Assembly (NCBI GenBank): GCA_964632475.1
Contig: CAZWDQ010000001.1
Span: 3,842-67,841 of the forward strand
Direction: 5' to 3'
Source: an uncultured Acidimicrobiaceae bacterium
Lineage (GTDB): Bacteria > Actinomycetota > Acidimicrobiia > Spongiisociales > UBA5794
DNA length: 64,000 bases
Part shown: positions 35,563 through 44,970 of the stretch, piece by piece
How positions within the stretch are numbered: position 1 is the stretch's first letter
Layout: each line of letters begins with the position of its first letter
The notes under the pieces: model-generated
The model's database searches: none
What the model was told of the DNA's origin: nothing
The model's input: only the letters and a program-made list of their open reading frames with translations
Made by a program: the position numbers and the translations under genes

Positions 35563-35590
35563 GAGTCCTGAGTACCCAGTACTCCCTCGT
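35563..35590. repeat. TGAGTCC-TGAGTAC-CCAGTAC-TCCCTCG degenerate heptamer repeat between pilT stop and rnhA start
   Basis: The repeat was read directly. It shares the TGAGTAC/AGTAC core with the argG-argH repeat. Confidence 0.4.
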
Positions 35591-36681
35591 TACGCGCTCA
35601 TAGCCCCGCGGGTCTGCGCTGCGACTTTGAAGTCCGTCGTCGACGTCGCATGGGAGAGGGCGTCTTCGAACGACACGGCTCCCGACCGGTACAAGGCGAG
35701 GATGGCCTGGTCGTACGTCCGCATGCCGAAGAACTCCCCCTCGGCAACGTCCACCACGATGGATGGGATGCTCTCTTCGCTCTTGAGCTTCTCGGCAACC
35801 CTCTCCGTGTTCACCAGAACTTCGACGGCAGCCGCCCGGCCGTTGCCATCTGCCCGAGGAATGAGTTGCTGGCTGACGACCCCTTTCAGGGTCGTCGACA
35901 GGATCTGCCTCACCTGCTGCCGTTGATACGGCTCGAACGTTTCAACGATCCGGTTGATCGTCTCGATTCCATCGAACGTCGGCAAAATCGCCACAACAAG
36001 ATGACCGGTCTCCGAGGCACGCAGCGCCGCGGCAACCGTCGCCCTATCAGGGAGCTCTCCAACGAAGATCGCGTCGGTGTCGTTGCGCATCGCTGCCTGG
36101 AGGCCGGAGGCGAACGAAGCGGTGTCCAACCCGACCTCGCGTTGAGAGACGATCGACTGATTATCCGGGAACAGGTTCTCGATCGGATCCTCGATCGTGA
36201 CGATGCTGCCCTTGCGCGTCGCGTTGACGTATTCGACGACAGAGGCTGCGGTCGTGGTGCGGCCCGAGCCGGAGGGGCCCGTGATGAGCAGCAGACCCGG
36301 TCGCTCGTCGGCGAGTCGCTCGATGGCTGCAGGAAGACCCAGAGCGTCGAATTCTCCGCTGACGGTGCCGACCGTGCGGAGCACCAGTGTCAGCGAACCA
36401 CGCTGGCGGAACACGCTGACACGAAAGCGGCCGAGTCCGGAGCGGCCGATCGCGAAGTCCGCTTCACCGGAGGACTCGAGAGCGGCTCTTGCTCGCTCGG
36501 TGACGATCTCGTCAAGATAGCGCACGGTGTCGGATGGGGTGATCGAAGGGAGATCGGATCGATTGACGACGCCGTCTATGCGGAAGGCCGGAGGCGAGCC
36601 AACCTTGAGATGCAGATCGGATCCACTGATGGCGGTCAGCTTCTCTAGAAGACCGTCGAGCGACGGCAGTAGTTCATTCAC
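35590..36681 (-). CDS. pilT: type IV pilus retraction ATPase PilT
   Basis: The Walker A is GPSGSGRTT. PilT-specific motifs (VGELPD..., AIFVGEL) and a His box are present. It has a GTG start. Confidence 0.85.
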   Translation of the reverse strand: MNELLPSLDGLLEKLTAISGSDLHLKVGSPPAFRIDGVVNRSDLPSITPSDTVRYLDEIVTERARAALESSGEADFAIGRSGLGRFRVSVFRQRGSLTLVLRTVGTVSGEFDALGLPAAIERLADERPGLLLITGPSGSGRTTTAASVVEYVNATRKGSIVTIEDPIENLFPDNQSIVSQREVGLDTASFASGLQAAMRNDTDAIFVGELPDRATVAAALRASETGHLVVAILPTFDGIETINRIVETFEPYQRQQVRQILSTTLKGVVSQQLIPRADGNGRAAAVEVLVNTERVAEKLKSEESIPSIVVDVAEGEFFGMRTYDQAILALYRSGAVSFEDALSHATSTTDFKVAAQTRGAMSA

Positions 36682-36738
36682 TTCGACTCCTCGATCCCGG
36701 TGTGCGTACGAGATGTATCGGCGCGCCGGGGGCGACCC

Positions 36739-37740
36739 TTAATCGAGATCCCAGAAAAGCGAGAGCACTGGAATGGCGTTCTCCGTCGCCGGATCGCTGG
36801 CGTCCGGTGGATTGAGGGGTGGAAGGCCGGTCGCGTACCCCTCAAGAGTCGCCGCTACCGAGTCGCGGATTGCTTGAAGGTCATATCCTCCTTCGAGGTA
36901 GAACACCGTGTTCGTACGATGCATGACCTCACCCAGTGCCGCCGCCATTGCCCCGTAGTCATCAGCGTTCAGAGCCATTCCACCGAGGGGATCAGCGGCA
37001 TGCCCGTCGTATCCGGCGCTGACGAGTAACCAATCTGGCTTGAACTGATCGAGGATCGGCACGACGATTCTCGAGAACGCCCCGCGGTACACGGAGCCGT
37101 CCGATCCCCCGCGCACCGGGATGTTCACCGTTGCACCGACTCCCAACCCCTTCCCCACTTCCTCAATCCGACCCGTCCCCGGGTAGAACGGAGCATGGTG
37201 CAGCGAGATGTAGAGCACGTCCGGTGAACGGAAGAAGATCTCTTGTGTTCCGTTTCCATGATGGACGTCCCAGTCGACGATGGCGACACTCTGACCGCGT
37301 CCGGCAAGGGCCGCCGCCGACACCGCGATATTGTTGATCAGGCAGAATCCCATCGTGCGATCAGCCTCGGCGTGGTGGCCCGGCGGGCGAACCACGGAGA
37401 ATCCGACATCGGCGTCTCCCTTCTCTATCGCCTCGATCGCCGTGAGCCCCGCTCCGGCTGCGAACCGGGCAGCGTCCCACGACCTCTCCACGGCATAGGT
37501 GTCGGAGTCGATCGATCCCCCACCGTCTGCGCAGAACGCCTGCAGCCGATCCAGGAAGTCGGCGCTGTGCACACGGCGCAGCTCGTCCCGTGTTGCCGCC
37601 CGTGCCTCGACCTCGACGGTTTCGACATCGCTCCCGGCGACCCCTTCGATGGCGGCGATGAGGCGCTCCGGTCGCTCCGGGTGTTCGCCGGGTGAGACAT
37701 GCTCGAGACTTGATGGATGTGTGACGAGTACAGACCGCAT
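36739..37740 (-). CDS. histone deacetylase-family protein (AcuC/acetylpolyamine amidohydrolase-like)
   Basis: It has the Zn-binding and catalytic motifs (VVRPPGHHA, DWDVHHGNGT, SAGYDGHAADPLG). The start is the internal ATG at 37738-37740. Confidence 0.8.
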   Translation of the reverse strand: MRSVLVTHPSSLEHVSPGEHPERPERLIAAIEGVAGSDVETVEVEARAATRDELRRVHSADFLDRLQAFCADGGGSIDSDTYAVERSWDAARFAAGAGLTAIEAIEKGDADVGFSVVRPPGHHAEADRTMGFCLINNIAVSAAALAGRGQSVAIVDWDVHHGNGTQEIFFRSPDVLYISLHHAPFYPGTGRIEEVGKGLGVGATVNIPVRGGSDGSVYRGAFSRIVVPILDQFKPDWLLVSAGYDGHAADPLGGMALNADDYGAMAAALGEVMHRTNTVFYLEGGYDLQAIRDSVAATLEGYATGLPPLNPPDASDPATENAIPVLSLFWDLD

Positions 37741-37873
37741 GTCCACATGGTTGCACGACTCGGCGCCCGAGTGCACATCGAAGGGCCCCACCGACACCCC
37801 CAGGAGCCCGACGGCGTGGACTCGCGTTCACGGTACGCTGACGAGGCACCAGCGCCACGGAGGTGTCCTACCA

Positions 37874-38602
37874 ATGGCCGAGCATCCGATATCGGTGCTC
37901 CAGCGCGGCTCCTGGCCGCAGCCGATCCGTTTGAGAAGGGGCTGGGCGCGAGCCGAGGCCCGTACCTGGAACGACCTCGTGCCCGATGCCTCATTGCGGT
38001 TGGTTCGCGGCGGATCGTCGTTTCTGGACCTGTGCTCCGAGCGGTTGAGCGAACTCGGCGCTCCATACATTCTCTCCCCCCCGCTTCCACCAAGTGGTCG
38101 CCGACCGTGGGAAGCCGCCGGTTTCGTAGAGTTCGTTCCGTTGGCGTTCATGCGGCGTGATCTCTCGGAGGACCTACCGTCACCGGACCATCTCGTCATC
38201 GCTCCCCCCGACCACTCGATCGCAGACCTCCTCCGCATCGACCATGTTGCGTTCGATCAGTTCTGGAGGTTCGATCGATTCGGAATGGCCGAGGCCCTCG
38301 GAGCAACAGCAAAGACCAAGTCCCTTCTCATCCGCGGACCCGATGGGCCTCCCGTCGCATTCGCCATCGTGGGATTCGGCCATGCGATGTCCTACCTGCA
38401 GCGTATCGCCGTCCATCCCGACTGGCAGGGTCACCAGATGGGCCGGTCGTTGATCCGGGCAGCAGCGCGCACGGCGCAAATTGCAGGAAGTCGGGCGATG
38501 ATGCTCAACACCCAGATCGACAACGCCGCCGCGATCGCTCTGTACATATCCGAAGGCTTCATCACGCTCCCCGAGCCGCTCGCCGTCCTTCGTCGAGGTT
38601 GA
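37874..38602 (+). CDS. GNAT-family N-acetyltransferase
   Basis: The acetyl-CoA binding region is QRIAVHPDWQGHQMGRSLI. It lies 3 nt upstream of the pseudokinase gene. Confidence 0.7.
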   Translation: MAEHPISVLQRGSWPQPIRLRRGWARAEARTWNDLVPDASLRLVRGGSSFLDLCSERLSELGAPYILSPPLPPSGRRPWEAAGFVEFVPLAFMRRDLSEDLPSPDHLVIAPPDHSIADLLRIDHVAFDQFWRFDRFGMAEALGATAKTKSLLIRGPDGPPVAFAIVGFGHAMSYLQRIAVHPDWQGHQMGRSLIRAAARTAQIAGSRAMMLNTQIDNAAAIALYISEGFITLPEPLAVLRRG

Positions 38603-38605
38603 TCG

Positions 38606-39895
38606 ATGCCCCCTCGAATCCCCGACCGGTATCGGATGAACGTCCGGCTCGGTGCCGACGGCGACATCGAGGAATGGCTGGCTACCGATGAGAACCTCGA
38701 ACGTCCTGTCCTGATACGGTTTCCGGGGCCCGATGCGGACGTCGATCGGATCACCGCCTTCCTCGCTCCCGTTCGCGCCGCCGCGGCGACCACCCACCCG
38801 CACGTTCAGATGATCTACGCAGCAGGTGAGGTGGACGGATCGGCGTTCGCCGTGGCGGAATGGGATGGCGCCGTGACCATCGCCGATCGCCTCAAGGCGG
38901 GTGAGACCCTCCCCATCAAGGAGTACCTCACCAACGCTTCTGGTCTGGCCTCCGGTCTGGCTGCGTTTCATAAGAACGGCGGCATCCACGGGGCCCTCGA
39001 CCCGCGGGCCATCCACTTCTCGGCTGCGCACCCCGCACGTCTCGCGAGCTTCGGGCGGATCCCGCTCACGACCACAGCGGCCGAGGACACCGCCGCTCTC
39101 GCTGCAGCCCTCCGCACAGCGATCACAGGAAGCGAGAACCCCGCCATCCTCCCGTCGCACGTTGCTGAGGGGATTCCCTCATCCGTCGATGACGCTCTCG
39201 GAGCGGCTGAAGCAGGAATCCTCGACGCGACGGGCCTTGCTGACGCCCTCAGCTCGTCCTCGCTGCGTCCTCAGCCCGACGTTGATCGACTGTGGTCTCT
39301 CAAACCCCTCATTCTGTTCGGCGTTGTCGTCGGCGTCGTTCTCGCTCTCTCCATCCTCGGACTCTCGATCGACGTCGACCCCGACTCTCCGTTCCTCTAC
39401 CCGGCCGCGCCGGCCGAACAGGAACACGCGGCGCCTACGGGCACAACCGCTGCCACGGACACGCCCACCGAGAACGCCATCCCTGCTGTGGTCACTGTCT
39501 ACGACCCTTTCGGCGATGGCATCGAGAACGACGACACGCTTGCCGCCGTGGTTGACGGGGAGCGCTCAACGACGTGGGAGACCGAGCCGTATCCGTCCCC
39601 ACTCAACGAAACGAAGGAAGGCCTCGGGATCGTTCTCGAATCTCCCGTTCCAATCGGTGCGATTGAGATCACGGGAACGTCGGACACCCGATTCACCGTT
39701 GCGTGGAACGAGACGCTCCCCGACGTTCCCGGCGACTGGGACCGTATCGGCGCCGGACAGATCCTCACCGGAGCGACACGACTCGATGTGGCCCACAGGG
39801 AACGGGGATTCTGGCTTGTCTGGATCACATCTCTTCCGCAGCGAGCCGACGGTTCCTACGGGTCATCCATCGCAGAGATCCGCCTTCTTCCGTGA
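38606..39895 (+). CDS. MviN-C-terminal-like protein: degenerate Ser/Thr kinase (pseudokinase) domain + TM helix + extracytoplasmic domain, without the MurJ flippase domain
   Basis: The kinase-like fold has Lys/HRD/DFG replaced (LIRF, HGALDP, SFG). The TM segment is LILFGVVVGVVLALSILGL. It occupies the mviN position next to the ECF sigma-trxB-trxA-cwlM cluster. Confidence 0.7.
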   Translation: MPPRIPDRYRMNVRLGADGDIEEWLATDENLERPVLIRFPGPDADVDRITAFLAPVRAAAATTHPHVQMIYAAGEVDGSAFAVAEWDGAVTIADRLKAGETLPIKEYLTNASGLASGLAAFHKNGGIHGALDPRAIHFSAAHPARLASFGRIPLTTTAAEDTAALAAALRTAITGSENPAILPSHVAEGIPSSVDDALGAAEAGILDATGLADALSSSSLRPQPDVDRLWSLKPLILFGVVVGVVLALSILGLSIDVDPDSPFLYPAAPAEQEHAAPTGTTAATDTPTENAIPAVVTVYDPFGDGIENDDTLAAVVDGERSTTWETEPYPSPLNETKEGLGIVLESPVPIGAIEITGTSDTRFTVAWNETLPDVPGDWDRIGAGQILTGATRLDVAHRERGFWLVWITSLPQRADGSYGSSIAEIRLLP

Positions 39896-39941
39896 GCGAT
39901 TGCTTCGCTTCCGACCTTCGACCCGACCAGAATCAGGATCG

Positions 39942-40517
39942 ATGACCTCACGCTCCTCAGAAGATCGCGAACTGATCCGCCGCTACCTCGATGGCGATGT
40001 TTCGGCGTTCGACGAACTCATGCGCTCTCACGAGAACCGTGTGTTCGCGATCTGTCTGCGCATGATGAGGGATCGGGACTCGGCTCTCGATGCCACCCAG
40101 GACGTATTCCTCACCGTCTTCCGCAAAGCGGATCGCTACAAAGAACAGGCTGCCTTCAGTACCTGGCTCTACCGCGTCGCCGTCAACACGTGCTACGACC
40201 ACCTCAGACGACAGCAGCGCAAGAGAACGGCTTCGATGCCCGATCATCTCGACCCGTCGGATCCCCGCAGCGGCGACGAGTTTCACGCCGTAGAACTCCG
40301 CCCGGACATCGAGACCGCGCTCGCCGGCCTCACACCAGAGTTTCGGGCTGCCGTGGTACTCGTCGATCTCGATGGCATGTCGCTAGAAGGAGCCGCGGAT
40401 ACCCTGGAGATACCGGTCGGAACGGTGAAGAGCCGCTTGTTCCGTGCCAGGAAACAGCTCGCCAAAGATCTCGGGAACTTCGCGCCCGGGTCAGAGCATC
40501 CAAGTTACGAATCATGA
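39942..40517 (+). CDS. ECF (sigma-70 family, SigM-like) RNA polymerase sigma factor
   Basis: Region 2 (FDELMRSHENRVFAICLRM) and region 4 (LEGAADTLEIPVGTVKSRLFRARKQL) are recognisable. Confidence 0.85.
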   Translation: MTSRSSEDRELIRRYLDGDVSAFDELMRSHENRVFAICLRMMRDRDSALDATQDVFLTVFRKADRYKEQAAFSTWLYRVAVNTCYDHLRRQQRKRTASMPDHLDPSDPRSGDEFHAVELRPDIETALAGLTPEFRAAVVLVDLDGMSLEGAADTLEIPVGTVKSRLFRARKQLAKDLGNFAPGSEHPSYES

Positions 40518-41401
40518 ACGAACGCAACCAAGAATTCATTGTCGATCTGCTCGGCGGCCGTCTGTCGCCCGACGAGGAACGTGCTGCTCTCGCTCTTATC
40601 GAGACGGATCCGGACCTCCGTGCAGAGTACGAGGCCCAACTGTCCGCCATCTCCATCCTCGGCGCATCTTCGCCGCCGATGATGACGATGGAGGAACGAA
40701 CAGCACTCCACGCAACGCTCCGTCAACAACTCCACCTCGACGATGCCCTGATCCCGGTTGTTGCGGCACCGTCACGATGGCAGCGTTGGTGGGCGCCGCT
40801 CGGTGGGTTGGCGGTCGCAGCCGTTGTGATCTTCGGTGCCGTCGTCGTTCTTCCTGGTGCCCTTTCGGGGAGTGATTCGGATGAGACCCTCCAGATGGCT
40901 GCAGCAGAGACCACCACAACGGCAGCGAGTACCACCGATGACGTCGCCGGTGGAATCGAGGGTGAAAGCGCTGGTGACCAGGGTGTGGGCGTCGCAGCAC
41001 AGGAATCCCTCGAGACCTCTCCCATCGTGGAGGAGTCCGCCGACGCTGAGACACAAGCAGCGGAGTCCTTTGACACTGCCGCCGTTGCATCCGCTCTCCC
41101 CTATCTGACGGACGTCGACCTCGACATGCTCGAGAACGACCTCACTTCAGACCCGGATTCCCTCAGGAACAGCGCTCCCCCTCGTCCGACGAAGTCTGCC
41201 GAGCCCGACCCAAGCCAAGTGGACGCATGCCTCGATTCCATACGGGCCGACAACCCATTGTCGGAGATCTCCCCCATCGCTCTCACGGCCTACGAGGGAA
41301 TCGAATCCGTCGTGGTATCCGTCACGCCGTCTGACGGGGACTCCTTCCTCACTGTCTACAGCATTGCCGAGTGCCGAGAGCTTGCCAGCACGCAGGGATG
41401 A
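40514..41401 (+). CDS. putative anti-sigma factor (single-pass membrane protein)
   Basis: Its ATG overlaps the sigma stop (ATGA). It has one TM helix and an Ala/Thr/acidic-rich extracytoplasmic tail. Confidence 0.6.
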   Translation: MNERNQEFIVDLLGGRLSPDEERAALALIETDPDLRAEYEAQLSAISILGASSPPMMTMEERTALHATLRQQLHLDDALIPVVAAPSRWQRWWAPLGGLAVAAVVIFGAVVVLPGALSGSDSDETLQMAAAETTTTAASTTDDVAGGIEGESAGDQGVGVAAQESLETSPIVEESADAETQAAESFDTAAVASALPYLTDVDLDMLENDLTSDPDSLRNSAPPRPTKSAEPDPSQVDACLDSIRADNPLSEISPIALTAYEGIESVVVSVTPSDGDSFLTVYSIAECRELASTQG

Positions 41402-41432
41402 CCACTCCGTCAATCGGCTATCCTCAACAACC

Positions 41433-41744
41433 ATGACTGATCGATCGCGCAACGACTACCCCGCCAAGATCGCCGACTTCCTCGAGCAGCTTGCTACTCG
41501 CATCCGGTCGCTCACTGTGGATCGAGCATCTCTGGCGGTTACGTGGACGGCGATCGGACTCGTGGTGGGAACGGTCGCGGCCCTTGCTGTGATCTGGTTG
41601 CTCGTTGGTTTCTTCCGTGCTCTCGGTGCCCTGATCGGACAGGAACTCGCATACGTCGTCGTCGGGGGCATATTGCTGATCGCCGGGGTGTTGGTCTGGA
41701 CGAAGAGATTCCCAGAAGACGAGACAACACCACCACAGGAGTGA
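41433..41744 (+). CDS. small membrane protein (2 TM helices)
   Basis: It is 103 aa with hydrophobic segments and sits between the anti-sigma gene and trxB. Confidence 0.5.
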   Translation: MTDRSRNDYPAKIADFLEQLATRIRSLTVDRASLAVTWTAIGLVVGTVAALAVIWLLVGFFRALGALIGQELAYVVVGGILLIAGVLVWTKRFPEDETTPPQE

Positions 41745-41746
41745 CC

Positions 41747-42670
41747 ATGGCCGAGAAGGTCTTGATCATCGGATCCGGCCCTGCCGGACTCACCGCCGCC
41801 ATCTACGCCGCCCGGGCTGACCTCCACCCGCTGATGATCGAAGGCATGGAGCGCGGCGGTCAATTGATGCTCACCACCGAAGTTGAGAACTATCCGGGAT
41901 TCCCCGAGGGGATCATGGGCCCGGAACTCATGGACGGCATGCGGAAGCAGGCCGAGCGTTTCGGCACCCGCATCGTCTCCTCCGATGCAACGAAGGTCGA
42001 CCTCTCAGAGCTCCCGTTCAAGGTGTGGGTCGGCGAGGATCTCCATGAATCAGAGTCCCTCATCATCTCAACCGGAGCCTCTGCCAGGTGGCTCGGGATT
42101 CCGGGAGAAAGCCGCCTCCGTGGATACGGTGTCTCTGCATGTGCGACGTGTGACGGCTTCTTCTTCCGTGATCGCGAGATCGCGATCGTCGGTGGCGGCG
42201 ACTCTGCCATGGAAGAGGCGCTCTTCCTCACCAAGTTCGCTTCGAAGGTCACCATTCTCCACCGCCGTGACGAATTCAGGGCATCGAAGATCATGGCTCA
42301 GAGAGCGATCGATCATCCGAAGATCGAAGTCCTGTGGAACACGACGATCGATGAGGTTCTGGGCGACGATCTCGTAACCGGTCTCCGGGTGAAGAACGTT
42401 CTCACCGACGAGGAATCGGTCTTACCGGTCGAGGGATTCTTCCTCGCGATCGGCCACGACCCGAATACCAAGATTTTCCAGAGTCAATTGGATCTGGATC
42501 TTGCCGGGTACATCTCCACTGTGGACGGCTCGACCCGAACCTCGGTTGACGGCGTCTTCGCTGCAGGGGACGTTGTCGACCACTACTACCAACAAGCCGT
42601 GACGGCCGCCGGCATGGGTTGCCAGGCCGCGATCGACGTCGAGCACTGGCTCGACCGAACCGAAACCTGA
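41747..42670 (+). CDS. trxB: thioredoxin-disulfide reductase
   Basis: The FAD motif is GSGPAGLTAA, the redox site is CATCDG, and the NADPH motif is GGGDSA. Confidence 0.9.
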   Translation: MAEKVLIIGSGPAGLTAAIYAARADLHPLMIEGMERGGQLMLTTEVENYPGFPEGIMGPELMDGMRKQAERFGTRIVSSDATKVDLSELPFKVWVGEDLHESESLIISTGASARWLGIPGESRLRGYGVSACATCDGFFFRDREIAIVGGGDSAMEEALFLTKFASKVTILHRRDEFRASKIMAQRAIDHPKIEVLWNTTIDEVLGDDLVTGLRVKNVLTDEESVLPVEGFFLAIGHDPNTKIFQSQLDLDLAGYISTVDGSTRTSVDGVFAAGDVVDHYYQQAVTAAGMGCQAAIDVEHWLDRTET

Positions 42671-42726
42671 TCCAAGATCGTCCACCTCCGATGGGTGGGC
42701 GGATCAACGACCACAAGGGAGCCAAG

Positions 42727-43053
42727 ATGGGACAGAACACCGTCAAAGGGACCGACGCCACGTTCGTCGAGTTGATCGGGTCGTCAATGCCGAGCCTGGT
42801 CGATTTCTGGGCTGAGTGGTGTGGACCATGCAAGATGATGGACGGACCACTCGAGGAGATCGCAGGCGCTCGGTCCGGTGAGCTCCAGATCGTCAAACTC
42901 AACGTCGACGAGAATCCATCAACGGCGATGCAGTTCGGAGTGATGAGCATCCCGACAATGATCATCTTCCAGGGCGGGGAAGAGAAGAAGCGCCTCGTCG
43001 GCGCCCGGAGCAAGGGCCAACTCGAAGCCGAGATCGCCTCCTTCGTCTCCTGA
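42727..43053 (+). CDS. trxA: thioredoxin
   Basis: The active site is WCGPC in a 108-aa protein. Confidence 0.9.
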   Translation: MGQNTVKGTDATFVELIGSSMPSLVDFWAEWCGPCKMMDGPLEEIAGARSGELQIVKLNVDENPSTAMQFGVMSIPTMIIFQGGEEKKRLVGARSKGQLEAEIASFVS

Positions 43054-43078
43054 GCTGTCATCACCCGGTAACGGAACC

Positions 43079-44059
43079 GTGAGGCTCTACCACGCCGGAG
43101 ACCGTGGAGAACCGGTTCGAGACATCCAGCGTCGCCTGACAGGCCTCGGCCTTCACACCGACGTCGACGGTCTCTTTGGGCCGGACACCGTCGTTTCCGT
43201 GCAGGCGTTTCAAGAGGCACGCGGTCTACCTGCCGATGGAATCGTGGGCCCCGAGACCTGGAGAACCCTTGTAGACGCCGGGTTTCAACTCGGTGATCGC
43301 ATGCTGTACCGACGATCCCCAATGATGCGCGGCGACGACGTCTCCCGTCTCCAGCAGAGCCTCGGCTCTCTCGGCTTCGACGCGGGCAAGGTTGATGGCC
43401 TGTTCGGAGCCGACACACTTCGGGCATTGCTCGACTTTCAGCACAATCGGGGAATGGCCGAAGACGGGTTCGTTGGCCACGAGGTGGTCGCAGAACTCCT
43501 TCTGATGGCCAAAGCGACCAGCAAACCCGGCCGCGAGACAGTGCGTGAACACGAGTGGATCGATTCGCTCCCACAGCCGATCACCGGCGCCAGGATCTAC
43601 GTCGATCCCGACAGAGGAGAATCCTCGACGCCCGACCAAACATGGCCTGCGGCGTCCCGCCTCACCTCGGTTCTCAAACAATCGGGCGCTCGTGTGCTGC
43701 TGTCCCGAAGCGTTGACACGTCTCCAAACGAGCGCTTCCGAGCACAGCGGGCGAACCGTCTCGACGTGCAGATCGTGATATCGATCGGCGTTGCCAACAA
43801 CGACACCGAGGGGGTCTTCTACTTTGGGACACCGCTGAGCACGAGCGATGCAGGAAAAGCGATCGCACAGCATCTCTCTGCGCGGCTGGGAATTCCAGCG
43901 CTCCCCCGTGCCGTTCCGATGCTGAAGGAGACCCGATCTCCGGCCGTCGTGGTTGCCGTATTGGCTCCCTCCGCCGAAGTCGGCTCAACGATCGCACAAG
44001 CGATCGCCGATCTCTACGCGAACGGCCTGGACGAAGGCGTAGCAAGTAGCAAGACCTAA
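43079..44059 (+). CDS. CwlM-like N-acetylmuramoyl-L-alanine amidase with two N-terminal peptidoglycan-binding domains
   Basis: It has two PG_binding_1 repeats (IQRRLTGLGL.., LQQSLGSLGF..) and an Amidase_3 domain. There is no signal peptide, and its position matches mycobacterial cwlM. Confidence 0.8.
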   Translation: MRLYHAGDRGEPVRDIQRRLTGLGLHTDVDGLFGPDTVVSVQAFQEARGLPADGIVGPETWRTLVDAGFQLGDRMLYRRSPMMRGDDVSRLQQSLGSLGFDAGKVDGLFGADTLRALLDFQHNRGMAEDGFVGHEVVAELLLMAKATSKPGRETVREHEWIDSLPQPITGARIYVDPDRGESSTPDQTWPAASRLTSVLKQSGARVLLSRSVDTSPNERFRAQRANRLDVQIVISIGVANNDTEGVFYFGTPLSTSDAGKAIAQHLSARLGIPALPRAVPMLKETRSPAVVVAVLAPSAEVGSTIAQAIADLYANGLDEGVASSKT

Positions 44060-44115
44060 GCCAGTCCCCGGTGGTCGTCCACTTCGGTGACAAAGAGCGT
44101 GATACGGACTACCGA

Positions 44116-44970
44116 CTATTCGAACAGTTGTCGGTAGATGCGCTCCAAGTCTTCTAGTGAGCCGTAACGGATAACCACTCGGCCACCCTCTCCGCGTGCG
44201 GCGATCTTCACCTTGGTCGCCAGGCGCTCTGAGAGGCGTTCCTCGAGTTCGATGATGGCAGCTGGACGCATCGGAGGAAGCCGCAGCTTCGGTAGTTCTT
44301 CAGGAATGGCACGGATTCTCACCGCCTCCTCAACCTTTCTGACCGGCCAACCCTCTGCAACCACACGTTCGGCGATGTGAACGGCGTATGCCTCATCGTC
44401 GAGAGCGAGGAGAGCCCTTGCGTGTCCTGCTGAGAGCTCCTCGCGTTCGAGCATCCCCTGGATCAGTGCCGGCAACTGGAGCAATCGAATGGTGTTCGTC
44501 ACTGCGCTCCGGCTCTTCCCAACCCTGTCTGCCACCCGTTCGTGAGTCATTCCAAAATCTTCCAATAGATTCCGGTAGGCGGCTGCTTCCTCGAGAGGAG
44601 AGAGGTCCTTCCTCTGGAGGTTCTCGATCAGCGCTTCAGTGAGGTGTCGCTCGTCGCTCTCTGCAGCTCTGATGACCGCCGGAATCGTTGTCAGGCCTGC
44701 GATTCCCGCCGCGCGTACCCGGCGTTCTCCCGCAATGAGGAAGTAGGATCCGTCCCTCTCCCCCGGACGGACAACGACGGGTTGGAGCACGCCGACTTCG
44801 CGAATCGAGGCCGCCAACTCCTCGAGTGCCTGGTCGTCGAACCGGCTCCTTGGTTGCTGCGGGCTCGGTGCGATCTCCTCGAGATCAAGTTCGGCGAATC
44901 CAACAGACGGGTGCTCAACGGGGATCAACGCCTCGAGTCCCCTCCCTAGTCCACTCTTACGTGCGGCCAT
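44116..44970 (-). CDS. parB: chromosome partitioning protein ParB
   Basis: GLGRGLEALIP is the ParB box, with an HTH. The start is the internal ATG at 44968-44970. Confidence 0.9.
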   Translation of the reverse strand: MAARKSGLGRGLEALIPVEHPSVGFAELDLEEIAPSPQQPRSRFDDQALEELAASIREVGVLQPVVVRPGERDGSYFLIAGERRVRAAGIAGLTTIPAVIRAAESDERHLTEALIENLQRKDLSPLEEAAAYRNLLEDFGMTHERVADRVGKSRSAVTNTIRLLQLPALIQGMLEREELSAGHARALLALDDEAYAVHIAERVVAEGWPVRKVEEAVRIRAIPEELPKLRLPPMRPAAIIELEERLSERLATKVKIAARGEGGRVVIRYGSLEDLERIYRQLFE

